A stretch of DNA of 63,040 bases, counting the filler, from Octopus bimaculoides (taxonomy: Eukaryota), in NCBI RefSeq assembly GCF_001194135.2. It is 7 parts of 7 records of this genome, joined end to end, with 100 filler letters (N's around TTAATTAATTAA, not from the genome) between each part and the next. Parts side by side here need not be neighbours in the genome. Positions count along the whole stretch, not along the records: positions 1 to 12,510 come from NW_026422949.1; 6 more parts are not named here. One strand, given 5' to 3'. A program made the translations under genes and the position numbers. The notes under the pieces were generated by a model that did not search any database, was not told the DNA's origin, and was given only the letters and a program-made list of their open reading frames with translations. The stretch's first letter is position 1. Each line of letters begins with the position of its first letter. Positions 1-11,873 of this stretch are shown here, in pieces.

Positions 1-1137
1 TGTATGTATGTATATATATGTATGTATATGTATGTATGTATATATATGTACATATATGTATGTATGTATATACATATAAATATATATATATATATATAAG
101 GTATGTTAGAGGTGCGAAGCCCTCCAATGGATAGAAGTATCCAGAGGCACTCCTGGTTATTACCTCCGTAAGTATGGTCCTGGGTATAAGGTATATGGCA
201 GCAGGTAATTTAGAAAGGTAAACCATAGTTTAATGATGAGAAAATGGAGGAAAAACAATTATTAGAAATGTATCTTTGGTGCTAAATAGCCATTATGTAA
301 TTATTTAAGCAAGGTGAAGGTAAGAGTGAGTTTACAGCTCTGACTGTGTACCATATTGAGGTATATATGTATTTACCTTAATGCAAATAGTAGACGTCAT
401 CAGAACAAAGAAGGCAGAGATAGACAAAGGGGAGAATAGAGCAAAAGATAGAAGGAGAAATCGGAGAAGGAAATATTCAATGATTCAAAAGTTTTACATT
501 TTAGTTGGGTTCAATGTTCATTAAATTCATTGTGGGGTAATTGAAGAATACAGGTTGGTTGAATCTGAAGTCTCGTTGTTAGTTGATAGCATAACTTCCA
601 CGTATCTGCCAGTTCGGCTAGTTAACCGCCAGTGTAATCTGAGGGAGTTATCCCTAATTAGGGATATCCGGTGTGGTTAATAGGAGCTATGAGTCCCTAA
701 CTTATAGGTTGTGGGTAGTGTGTATGTTTGCAGAGGAAGCCGTAAATAAGGGTAAATTTTTATATCTAACACGGGTAAAATTTAGTGTGTAAAGAGAAAG
801 TATCAGAATAATATTTAGGTTTGAGGAGTGCAATGAAAAAAAAAGATAGAAGAGGAGTAATTTAGTGTGTTAAAAGAGTTGGTAGTTCTCGACTTAAAAG
901 GATTATAAGGAGAAAAGTTGGCTAGCTTAGAAAATAGATTAGGTATATTAATTATTGATAATGTGGGTTGGGTTAGGTTAGCGTTGGATATAGCTATTTT
1001 TATTTATTTCTTATGTGAGTTGGATATATGTAAGCTAGTTAGGTTCGAGATGGTCAAGGGGGAGGTAATGCACTGATAAATAAGTCTGCTAATAACATTT
1101 AAGCTTGGAGATAGTGGTGTATACAGGAATGAGCAGG

Positions 1138-2505
1138 TTTAACAAAACTTAGAGAATACAAATTGGCCTTCATGGAAACAAAAATTGTAATTTTCATGTC
1201 TTTTATTGAGTAGAGGTGATTTGGCCATTAAGATTAGTAGTTTTTCTGTTATACAAAGCTCATAGCGCTTATTGTTAATGGTATAAGGCGAAGTTTTTGC
1301 AAGGATACACTATGCTAAGCTATAGTTGATTTTATTTTGTTTTTTTAATTCCCAGATGTAGCTACTAAGTCCTGTAGAGTTTGCTTTACTTCTATTTCTA
1401 AAGGTAAATTGGTGGGTATTGTATCTAAGTATCACTTCATTTCTCATGTCTCCTATATAAGAGTTCGTACGGTTATTTGTGAGTACATCACATTGGTATA
1501 TTACGTTTTTTGTTTTGCATCTATTTGAGAATTGACACTTATTTCTGTCTCTGCTGCCACATGAATTATTCAGTTTATCTGTGCTTGTGTTATGTTGAGG
1601 GGGGTTATTATTTATCAGGTCATAGTCCCTGTTGTTTGAGGGCAAGTTATTAGGGACAAGATTTATTCCATTTGCCTGTTGGCAGTTGTGTTTTATGTTG
1701 GTATTTTTCTTAGTCTCATAGAAGGCATCTATCTTATTGTTGATCAAGGTTATGATGGTAGCTAGGTTACTAGTTAGGCTATGGCCTACTCTAATTTTAT
1801 TTTTAAAGATTCCTGAGTATTTGTTATTTAAGTTGAAGTGCTTATCAATAAGTCTCATTATGGAGTGAACTATGTTAGATTTAGGCTGCATTGTGAAGGG
1901 GATTATTAACCAGATCTTATCGCTATTTCGTATAATTTTAGTATTATGTTTGGTGTAGAAATTATCCTCAGTTTTCATGTAAAGTGTAAAGTTGCTGTTA
2001 TGATTATATTTCTTTTTATCGTTACCTTTTATTTTTATTATTGTTAGTGTCAGTTTTATTGGGGTTATTTCTGTACAGTTTCCTTAAGTTATATGGCTTG
2101 GTGTTATCATTCTTCACTGGGGTTATTTCAGTTCTTTGGGGTTCGTTATTTTTATTCTTATTAATATTAAGATTTTTATTATTATTATTGTTGTTGTTAT
2201 TATTATTATTAGTCGTGTTAGTATTCATAATTTTATTAATCTTCACATTGCTGGTATTAATTTTGTTATCATTTTAAATGTTGTTAGTTATCTTAGGTTG
2301 AATCTTATCATTACTTCTACAATTTTTTTCTTATATTATTGGTATTAATCTTATCTATGTTGTTCATATTATTAATGTGGTTGTTAGTTTCGTTTGGAGT
2401 GTGCTTAGTGTTGTGATAATTGTCTTGGGCATTTATGTTGTTCGGTTATTTGTATAATGTTCTAAGTCTACGTATTTAATTTTTTCTTTATAACCTGCTT
2501 TTTCT
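1138..2505 (-). pseudogene. Degenerate PLE ORF (RT thumb remnant plus GIY-YIG endonuclease), interrupted by Asn-rich low-complexity linkers, frameshifts and a TGG>TAG stop at 1310
   Basis: ORF 1310-1978 plus manual translation beyond the stop to TAA at about 1138. The inverted copy has TGG at the position of the stop. Confidence 0.85.
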
Positions 2506-2512
2506 AATGTAG

Positions 2513-2881
2513 AATAAGTGTCAATTCTCAAATAGATGCAAAACAAAACAAAAAAAAACTAATACACCAATGCGATGTACTTACAAATAGCCATACAAAA
2601 TCTTATATAAGAGCCACGAGAAATGAAATGATACTTAGATACAATACCTACCAATGTATCTTTAGAAGTAAAGCTAACTCTACAGGACTTAGTAGCTACA
2701 TCTAGGAATTAAAAGACAGAAAAATCAATTATAGTTTAGAATGGTGTATCCTTACAAATACTTCATCTTATACCATTACACGCTAAATCGTACTCCTTCT
2801 AGATATAAAATTTACCCTTATTTATGGCTTCCTCTGCAAATATACAAACTATCCACAGCCTATAAGTTAGGGACACATAGC
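2513..2881 (+). repeat. Inverted duplicate of PLE segments 1276-1543 and 685-768, joined with about 500 bp missing
   Basis: aataagtgtcaattctcaaatagatgcaaaac at 2513 is the reverse complement of about 1512-1543. agatataaaatttacccttattta...ttagggacacatagc at 2801-2881 is the reverse complement of about 685-768. Confidence 0.92.
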
Positions 2882-3054
2882 CGGTGTAATTCAAGATAGT
2901 ATGGGAGACAATCAGAAAAAAGTAGGAACAAAAAACAAATATATGAAGGAGAAAAGTGCTATAAAATTACAAATGATAGAAAAAATGTATACACTTAACA
3001 CATTAGGATATACAGTCATACACATACATACATATACACATACAGAACACTCAC

Positions 3055-3089
<35 letters not shown>

Positions 3090-3114
3090 AAGAAAAAATG
3101 TACATACATGAGGG

Positions 3115-5593
3115 CTATTAGACAAAAGAAATAGGCTTGGAAGGACTGGAAGAACGAAGGTATCAGACTGCTAGAAGGGAAGCTAGGAGACAGGTTTATT
3201 TAGCCAGAGGGGAAGCAGATAATAAAAGGTTTGCCAATGTTCTGTGCTGTGAAGACCAAAGACTTGAAGTATTTCGTGTTGCAAGACAGTGTGTGAGAGA
3301 GAACCATGATGTCGTGGGAGAGAAATGTGTTCACATGGATGATGGTACACTTGCACTAAACGAGGTTGCAAAGAAAGAGGTTTGGAGACGCCACTACGAA
3401 AGATTGCTCAATAAAGAGAATGTTTGGGAGAAAGAGAGTCTGCCGAATGTCGTCCCAACAGAGGGACCAGCTATCCGAATTGACAGTACCATGGTAGATA
3501 AAGCAATTAAGAGTATGAAGACAGAGAAAGCCCCCGGCCCATCAGGAATCACTCCAGAGATGCTCAAAATATCAGGTAGTGTCAGCACCACTGATGCTAT
3601 ATTTCTGGTAAGACAGCTGCAGCAGAAATACCTAGCCAAGGATAAACCTCTGTACTTGGCTTTCGTTGACATGGAGAAAGCTTTTGACAGGGTCTCCTGA
3701 TCCCTCATCTGGCGGTCAATGAGGAAACTAGGGATAGAAGAATGGTCAGTAAGAGCTGTACGGGCCATGTACAAAGACGCTGTCAGTAAGGTTAGGGTTG
3801 GCAATGAGTACAGTGAAGAATTCCGGGTAGAGGTAACCCCTCCTATTTATCATAGTCCTCCAGGTGATAACAGAAGAATTCAAGACAGGATGCCCCTGGG
3901 AGCTCCTCTATGCTGACAACCTTGCACTAATTGCCGAGTCACTATCAGAACTAGAGAAGTTTCAGGTGTGGAAGCAAGGACTAAAATCGAAGGGCCTCAG
4001 AGTCATCCTAGCTAAAACCAAAGTACAAATAAGTAAAAAGGTAGACAAAACACAAACCACTTTAGGTAGATGGCCCTGCTCGATTTGTAGAAAAGGAGTA
4101 GGTAGAAACTATAAGATGTACCCAATGCAAGCTATGGACACATAAGAGGTGCAGCAATACCAAAGGCAGGTTAACTAAGAAGTTAGTTTTTGTATGTGGC
4201 AGATGTTCAGGTGCAATAAACACTGTAAATATGCAGAAAACAACTTCTGTCTCATTCCAGGAAGAAAAACTAGATGTAGTTGATAGCTTCCGCTATCTGG
4301 GTGACCAAGTTAGTAGTGGAGGTGGGTGTGCTGAAAGTGTAGCTGCTAGAATACGAATAGCCTGGGCAAAGTTCAGAGAGCTCTTACCTCTGCTGGTTAC
4401 AAAGGGCCTCTCACTTAGAGTAAAAGGCAGACTGTATGATGCATGTGTACGAACAGCCATGCTACATGGCAGTGAAACATAGGCGTGACTGCTGAGAACA
4501 TGCGTAATCTTGCAAGGAACGAAACCAGTATGCTCCGATGGATGAGTAATGTCAGTGTGCATACCCGACAGAGTGTAAGTATCTTGAGAGGAAAGTTTAA
4601 CATAAGAAGCATCAGTTGTGGTGTGAAAGAGAGACGATTGCGCTGGTATGGACATGTGGTGAGAATGGATGAGGATAGCTGTGTGAAAAAGTGCTACACC
4701 CTAGCAGTTGAGGGAACCCGTGGAAGAGGCAGGCCTAGGAAGACCTGGGATGAGGTGGTGAAGCACGACCTCCGAATATTAGGCCTCACCAAGGCAATGA
4801 CTTGTGATTGTGAACTTTGGAAATATGCTGTGCATGAGAAGACCTGGCAGGCCAAGCGAGACCAAAATCCAAGGCCTCTGCCAAGGATGTAGCCAGCCCA
4901 CTTACATGTAACATTCCTTCATTGGACACTAAACTCTGCTTGCGAAGACATGGTGAGGCAAGTGAAATCGAAATCGAACTAAATTTGTAGGAACACTAAA
5001 CTCGGCTTGTGAAGACCTGTTGGGGCACACAAAAGCAAAATCGTGATGGCACCTGTACCAGTGGAGTACTAAGAGTACTGTCTGAGCGCCTTCGTTGTCA
5101 GGGCACCAGCTGTCTGGCTTCTGTGCTGGTGGCACATAAATAGCACCAGCGTGATCATTACCAACGTCGCTTTCCTGGCACTTCTGCCAGTGGCATGTGA
5201 AAAGACAATTGAGCGTGGCCGTTGCCAATGCCGATGGACTAGCTCCTGTGCAGGTGACATGTAAAATACATAATTTCGAGCGTGACCGTTGCCAGTAAGA
5301 CATTCGAGCGAGATTGTTGCCAGTGCCGATGGACTGGCTCCTGTGCAGGTGGCACGTAAAATACACCATTTCAAGCGTGGGCATCGCCAGTACCCGCCTG
5401 ACTGGCCCTCATGCCGGTGGCACGTAAAAGCACCCACTACACTCTCAGAGTGGTTGACATTAGGAAGGGCATCCAGCTGTAGAAACTCTGCCAAATCAGA
5501 TTGGAGCCTGGTGTCGTCTCCTGGTCCACCAATTCTCAGTCAAATCGTCCAACCCACGCTAGCATGGAAAGTGGATGCTAAACGACGATGATG
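3115..5593 (+). mobile_element. RTE-clade LINE, 5'-truncated and decayed, with 3' UTR tandem repeats and a (GAT)n-like tail
   Basis: RT motifs KAPGPSGI, STTDAIFLVRQLQ, LYLAFVDMEKAFDRV, ELLYADN, FRYLG, KGRLYDACVRTAMLHGSET, LRWYGHVVRM, GRGRPRKTW. The 3' end reads ggaagggcatccagctgtagaaac...gcatggaaagtggatgctaaacgacgatgatgac. Confidence 0.95.
3137..4892 (+). pseudogene. RTE reverse transcriptase pseudogene with frameshifts and two internal deletions
   Basis: Fragments 3137-3700, 3719-3916, 3864-4145, 4231-4482 and 4485-4892 are colinear pieces of one RT. The segment between ISGSV and STTDAIF, and the GVHQGSVL motif, are missing. Confidence 0.92.
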
Positions 5594-5887
5594 ACACGCA
5601 TACATACATACACATACAGGGATGCAAGTGTGAGGGAAGATACAAGTAAAATAAAGAAGTACGTATTCACATAAGACGTATATAAATATAAATAAATATA
5701 TATACATATACACACATACATACACACATATACAACCAAATACACATATACAGGCTTGTATATATACATACCTACACATACATATACACACATATATATG
5801 TATATCAACACACACACGTATATATACATACACGCACCTACAAACATATGCATAAAACAAACATGCACATACATGTACATGCACAAT

Positions 5888-5931
<44 letters not shown>

Positions 5932-6087
5932 TTATACAAATAAATAAATACATATATATACGTATACACATACACACACACACATGTACACATATAAAAT
6001 ACACATAATATATACACATCCACCCAAACAGAATACAAAAAAACACAAAGGTGCATGCAAAATACACCAAAGAAAAAACATATATAA

Positions 6088-6320
6088 GAAAAGTGCCACA
6101 CCCTAACAGTTGAGGGAACCCGTGGAAGAGGTAGGCCCAGGAAGACCTGGGCTGAGGTGGTGAGGCAAGACCTTCGTACATTGGGCCTCACCGAGGCGAT
6201 GACTACGGACCGAGACCTTTGGAAATGGGCTGTGCGTGAGAAGACCCGGCAAGCCAAGTAAGATCGTTGCCAGTGCCCCTGGACTGGTTCTTGTGCGGGT
6301 GGCACATGAGATGCACCATT
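6088..6320 (+). mobile_element. Second, short 3' fragment of the same RTE family, running into a gap
   Basis: KKCHTLTVEGTRGRGRPRKTWAEVVRQDLRTLGLTEAMTTDRDLWKWAVREKTRQAK*, homologous to about 4690-4860. Confidence 0.92.
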
Positions 6321-7290
6321 NNNNNNNNNNNNNNNNNNNNNNNNNNNNNNNNNNNNNNNNNNNNNNNNNNNNNNNNNNNNNNNNNNNNNNNNNNNNNNNN
6401 NNNNNNNNNNNNNNNNNNNNNNNNNNNNNNNNNNNNNNNNNNNNNNNNNNNNNNNNNNNNNNNNNNNNNNNNNNNNNNNNNNNNNNNNNNNNNNNNNNNN
6501 NNNNNNNNNNNNNNNNNNNNNNNNNNNNNNNNNNNNNNNNNNNNNNNNNNNNNNNNNNNNNNNNNNNNNNNNNNNNNNNNNNNNNNNNNNNNNNNNNNNN
6601 NNNNNNNNNNNNNNNNNNNNNNNNNNNNNNNNNNNNNNNNNNNNNNNNNNNNNNNNNNNNNNNNNNNNNNNNNNNNNNNNNNNNNNNNNNNNNNNNNNNN
6701 NNNNNNNNNNNNNNNNNNNNNNNNNNNNNNNNNNNNNNNNNNNNNNNNNNNNNNNNNNNNNNNNNNNNNNNNNNNNNNNNNNNNNNNNNNNNNNNNNNNN
6801 NNNNNNNNNNNNNNNNNNNNNNNNNNNNNNNNNNNNNNNNNNNNNNNNNNNNNNNNNNNNNNNNNNNNNNNNNNNNNNNNNNNNNNNNNNNNNNNNNNNN
6901 NNNNNNNNNNNNNNNNNNNNNNNNNNNNNNNNNNNNNNNNNNNNNNNNNNNNNNNNNNNNNNNNNNNNNNNNNNNNNNNNNNNNNNNNNNNNNNNNNNNN
7001 NNNNNNNNNNNNNNNNNNNNNNNNNNNNNNNNNNNNNNNNNNNNNNNNNNNNNNNNNNNNNNNNNNNNNNNNNNNNNNNNNNNNNNNNNNNNNNNNNNNN
7101 NNNNNNNNNNNNNNNNNNNNNNNNNNNNNNNNNNNNNNNNNNNNNNNNNNNNNNNNNNNNNNNNNNNNNNNNNNNNNNNNNNNNNNNNNNNNNNNNNNNN
7201 NNNNNNNNNNNNNNNNNNNNNNNNNNNNNNNNNNNNNNNNNNNNNNNNNNNNNNNNNNNNNNNNNNNNNNNNNNNNNNNNNNNNNNNNNA

Positions 7291-7966
7291 TAAACATTAC
7301 CACACAAGCGCGCATACATACATACATGCACACACAGAGAATTCATACATACACATATCCTAAGGCTGTAATAAGAACTAAGAAAAAGGCAAAGAGGTAA
7401 TCAGTAAGACTATTTAAGGTTAATGAAAAGAAATTTGGACATACGTTAAAAAGAGAAAACTCCTTCATTTTCATAATTATATAAGACTCTTCAAGGCATA
7501 AAAGGTACATTCTATTTCTAATCCTATAAGTATATATTTATATGTATATACATATATGTATGTGTAGAGTGTTAGGTGTGATGTACATGTGTATATATTC
7601 ATATATTTGTATATATACATGTGTGGCTGTGTAGTAAGTATCTTGCTTACCAACCACATGGTTCCGGGTTCTGTCCCACTGCGTGNNNNNNNNNNTACAT
7701 ATATATACACACATAAAAATACGAGTGCAAGTGCATAAACATTACCACACAAGCGCGCATACATACATACATGCACACACAGAGAATTCATACATACACA
7801 TATCCTAAGGCTGTAATAAGAACTAAGAAAAAGGCAAAGAGGTAATCAGTAAGACTATTTAAGGTTAATGAAAAGAAATTTGGACATACGTTAAAAAGAG
7901 AAAACTCCTTCATTTTCATAATTATATAAGACTCTTCAAGGCATAAAAGGTACATTCTATTTCTAA
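7291..7966 (+). other. Identical 230-bp duplication (7291-7521 = 7737-7966) next to gaps; probable assembly artefact
   Basis: No differences seen by eye between the copies, and both abut N-runs. Confidence 0.8.
7621..7685 (+). mobile_element. tRNA-derived SINE head (family A), cut by a gap
   Basis: gtggctgtgtagtaagt (A-box-like) and ggttccgggttctgtcccact (B-box-like). Same family as 56912-57390. Confidence 0.8.
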
Positions 7967-8254
7967 NNNNNNNNNNNNNNNNNNNNNNNNNNNNNNNNNN
8001 NNNNNNNNNNNNNNNNNNNNNNNNNNNNNNNNNNNNNNNNNNNNNNNNNNNNNNNNNNNNNNNNNNNNNNNNNNNNNNNNNNNNNNNNNNNNNNNNNNNN
8101 NNNNNNNNNNNNNNNNNNNNNNNNNNNNNNNNNNNNNNNNNNNNNNNNNNNNNNNNNNNNNNNNNNNNNNNNNNNNNNNNNNNNNNNNNNNNNNNNNNNN
8201 NNNNNNNNNNNNNNNNNNNNNNNNNNNNNNNNNNNNNNNNNNNNNNNNNNNNNN

Positions 8255-8547
8255 GGGCCAACCAAAGCCTTGTGAGTGGATTTGGTAGACGGAAACTGAA
8301 AGAAGCCTGTCGTATATATGTATATATATATGTATGTGTGTGTGTTTGTGTGTCTGTGTTTGTTCTCCTAGCATTGCTTGACAACCGATGCTGGTGTGCT
8401 TATGTCCCCGTCACTTAGCGGTTCGGCAAAAGAGACCGATAGAATAAGTACTAGGCTTACAAAGAATAAGTCCCGGGGTCGATTTGCTCGACTAAAGGTG
8501 GTGCTCCAGCATGGCCACAGTCAAATGACTGAAACAAGTAAAGAGAA
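8255..8547 (+). mobile_element. SINE family A, 3' half
   Basis: ccaaagccttgtgagtggatttggtagacggaaactgaaagaagc...gtgctccagcatggccacagtcaaatgactgaaacaagt, repeated many times in the window. Confidence 0.88.
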
Positions 8548-8716
8548 TATACACGTGTGTGTATGTATATATATACACACACACGTGTATATATATATAT
8601 ATATATATATATATTATGTATATATACACGTGTATATATATATATGTAGACAATTTCCCCCTAAAGGACAGCAACTTTGGTGAAATTATTAAAATGTGGT
8701 TTACTGAATAAACTGA

Positions 8717-8986
8717 ATGGATGGTGGTTGTAAAAACTGGAAGACTGCATACATAGGTGAAACGGCAAGAAGTTTGGCTGAGCGTATAAATGGACATTGG
8801 AAGGAGTACAGGGGTCAAAGACAAACCTCAACACCCTACCAGCATGCCAAAGAACAACATGGTGGTTTGTTGAACCAGATGCACATCCTGTCTAGACACC
8901 TGCACGATGCATCACTACGGCAGATATGAGAGTCAGTCTTGATGAATGAAACACAACCGGTTTTGAATAGTAAATATTCTCATTAG
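8717..8986 (+). pseudogene. PLE-type GIY-YIG endonuclease fragment
   Basis: CKNWKTAYIGETARSLAERINGHWKEY..STPYQHAKEQH..ILSRHLHDASLRQI*ESVLMNETQPVLNSK carries the YIGET / R..H / E..I..P.LN pattern. Confidence 0.82.
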
Positions 8987-9884
8987 GCAGACGCCTTACA
9001 AAGACCCATGGACACACATACACACATACATATGCACACACACATGCAAAAACAAGAACACAGGCATGCCCTCACACTCAAACAGACACACATATATGAA
9101 TACACACACATGGGAACATGCATACAAAAGTACACAGGAACTCACACACATGAATGCAAACGCAAACACAGGAAAACACATGTACATGCAAATACAGACA
9201 CACACACTCGTACACACATGGACAGGAGCACAAATACACATGCTCATGCACAGATAGATATCAATATATTCAACATTTATCAAACAAAGATGGTTTAACT
9301 GTCTTTGAAAGAAATATTATACAGATGAAAGTGTGCATTTGTGAAGAAAACAAAAAGAACTAGATTTTTAATAGTTTTGAATGTCTACCTCCATTTTTCA
9401 GCTGGACTATGCTAAATTTTATCCACGCCTTGCCAACCATATTTAATTTTTAATTTCCAATATTTCTTAACTTAAATTTTATATGCATGTCCAGTGAAAA
9501 ATTGATTGTTATTGTACCATATTGAAGGTATTGCAAGGCCTACTCATTATTTTACTACTCGACATTATCATCCTTTTATAAAGTTTATTTAATAGGGTTA
9601 TTCAATAATTTCACTATTCAATCTTATTCATTTTTCCTTTCATAATATTATTATTTTATTATTCAGTTCTCTTATAATATTTACCAAGCTGTTTTGTACT
9701 TTAAATTTGGTGTACTTTTTTCCTCAAAGAACCACATCCTACTGTATGATATCCTCTAATTTTCAACTTTTCATACACACATACACAGATATTACTGGAA
9801 ACGTAGAAGTATCTGCCTCTATGCTTCTTGAATGTGTATGCATGCATACATGTGCATGTATATTGTGTGTGTGTGTGTGTGATG

Positions 9885-10865
9885 GGGGTAGCTGATGAAG
9901 GAAAATGTTCTCTATGTGGCCTGTGTGTTTTCTGTACTCTGGTTATTATTATTTTTTTGTCTACGTTTTATTTGCAATGNNNNNNNNNNTTATTATTATT
10001 TTTTTGTCTACGTTTTATTTGCAATGTCCTGTACCCAGATATGCACCTATATATACAGGTAGATGTAGGTATGCACATACTTGTATGTATATATGCATAT
10101 ACTCATTTATTATTTGTTTTACATGATTCAACGCTCGCGTCATCCCTATAAGTAAGTTTTTGAACTTTATATTTTCTGACGCGACTCTATCTATCTCTAT
10201 ATCCTTTTCCCCCTCTCGTTCTTCCTTCTGTTACTACTATATCTCTCTCTTTCCCCCTCTCGATCTTCCTTCTGTTACTACTATATTTCTCTCTTCCTCT
10301 CGTTGCTCACCTATTTTCTACTTCCTCCCCTTGTTTCTCCCTCGACCACTCTCTCTCTTCCTTACCCCTCACTGGTCACATGTATTCAGTTACTAATTCT
10401 TTTCTTCCTTGGCTATCGCCGAGCAAACATACGAACTTACTTCGTCCCGCTTCCAGTTCGTTGCTTCACAGCGTTCAATATACACATAATTTTTCACGTC
10501 TGGCCGTATAGCCTTTTCCGTTTGTTTTCTTGTCTTGTTTTCTTTTCCGTTTGTTTTCCTGTCATGTTTTCTGTCCGCCACTACATTCCTCCATGGTACA
10601 AATTTAATTTGTGGTCCGTGGGAAGAGCCATTTTAACAATGCGTCCTGCCCTAACTCTTCAAAACGCCTGTGTTAGAATGGGGTAGCTGATGAAGGAAAA
10701 TGTTCTCTATGTGGCCTGTGTGTTTTCTGTACTCTGGTTATTATTATTTTTTTGTCTACGTTTTGTTTGCAATGTCCTGTACCCAGATATGCACCTATAT
10801 ATACAGGTAGATGTAGGTATGCACACACTTGTACGTATATATGCATATACTCATTTATTATTTGT
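9885..10865. repeat. About 1-kb unit bounded by near-identical direct repeats of about 190 bp (9885-10110 and 10678-10865); third copy at 42375-42535
   Basis: ggggtagctgatgaaggaaaatgttctctatgtggcctgtgtgttttc...cccagatatgcacctatatatacaggtagatgtagg occurs at both ends, with a non-coding interior. Confidence 0.85.
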
Positions 10866-10919
10866 TATATATATATATAAGGCAAATTAGGAAATGGAGA
10901 GAATACAAAACGACATACA

Positions 10920-11873
10920 TCATCCTGTAGACATTCCAGTGTGTCTAATTATTCCAAAGCATTAGAAAGTATTAGAAGAAAACATACACATGTAGTAACT
11001 ATATGTTACACACACATTAAAAATAAATGATCAGTTCCTTATGGCCATTTCTGCCAAGAGGCAACAAAATCCTCCATGCCATCTCCATCTCTTCAGTGTT
11101 ATGAGGGGATGGGCAGATAAAGTTTGGATGCCTCTAGGCTTCTTCAGAGGGTCTAAGTGGTTAGGAGGGCCAATATATATAATAAACAGTTAACAATAGG
11201 TACAGTAGACATTCCAGTGTCACTGGAATGTCACTGGAATAGGTACAGTGTATTTGTTATTATTAAAAAGGGCAGAAAAAGAATAGAAGCAAACATGAGA
11301 CTGTGAGAGAAGTACAACTTCTTAAAATGAATTAGGTATAGGAAGGGGAAATAAGCTACAAACTTCTCGTGATGTATTCCAGGATCCATGTTACTTCGTC
11401 CAATGGTGGATAGGTGAGTATAGTCGTTCTTTGGAGGAGTTTTTAGGAAGGGTGAATTTAGGCAGTAGTTCACATTGTTTACATAGAAATACAGTGGTGG
11501 ATTTGAAGGTATGGTCTGTGTTATGGAGGTGAAAGTTCATATGTGAACTGCCAGCTAGTAGGTGCAACGTTATGGATGGTATGGCATAAACAGCCTATGA
11601 TTGTGAACCCATCATGGGAAAATTTGGTATATAAGTGTACTAATGAGAGTATGGAACCGGGTGGTGACTAAAGTGCGGTGTTAGTGTTCGTTATTTTTTT
11701 CCTGATCAACAAGTTTCTGAATCCCTATGTGTAGTGGGGTGGGGGTCATGGTCAGTCCTACAACCTAATTAGTCGGCTATTTTTTTGAAAACCATGACAT
11801 GGTTCCGGTTCATTGATGGTTAACAGATAAGACAAAAACAAATCAAATAAATATATAAACCATTGCCAGTATG
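10920..11873 (-). mobile_element. Probable highly decayed PLE 3' end (GIY-YIG-like traces) whose 5' part is the palindrome arm
   Basis: Frameshifted traces CHGFQK..VGLTMTPTPLHIGIQK..TNTAL. A degenerate hammerhead-like CTGAAGAAGCCTAGAGGC lies downstream at about 11128-11145 (-). Confidence 0.45.

Larger units (their letters stand above)
685..2881 (-). mobile_element. 5'-truncated Penelope-like element (Naiad-like C-terminal GIY-YIG type) with an inverted duplicated segment at its 5' end
   Basis: Minus-strand translation gives TLEKAGYKEKIKYV (about 2505-2465), KIWLIIPF..LIDKHFNLNNKYSGIFKNKIRVGHS, KCQFSNRCKTKNVIYQCDV..SYIG..RYNTHQFTFRN..NSTGLSSYIWELK, then past one stop CILAKTSPYTINNKRYELCITEKLLIL..LLNKRHE..CFHE. 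This matches the PLE post-RT and endonuclease consensus. The 3' extent is defined by homology to the inverted copy. Confidence 0.9.

Noticed and set aside
347-363. Shared 17-mer tgtaccatattga(a)ggta with 9513-9530
   Set aside because: Too short, with no extended homology visible.
360-410. CTGATGA on the minus strand at 397-403 as a PLE hammerhead
   Set aside because: No helix II followed by GAAA and no helix I partner.
1310-1978. Selenocysteine recoding, as known for some Naiad PLEs
   Set aside because: Endonuclease cysteines are TGT/TGC in both copies, the only stop is a TAG replacing TGG, and no SECIS could be recognised.
7291-7966. Exact 230-bp tandem duplication
   Set aside because: Apparently identical and gap-bounded; most likely a scaffolding artefact.
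10645-10720. Permuted (type II) hammerhead from cttcaaaacg plus CTGATGA
   Set aside because: The core has AAAA instead of GAAA, helix I is absent and helix II is weak.
11110-11155. CTGAAGA-AGCC-TAGA-GGC on the minus strand as a hammerhead
   Set aside because: GAAA is replaced by ATCCAAAC and helices I and III cannot be built; at best a decayed remnant.
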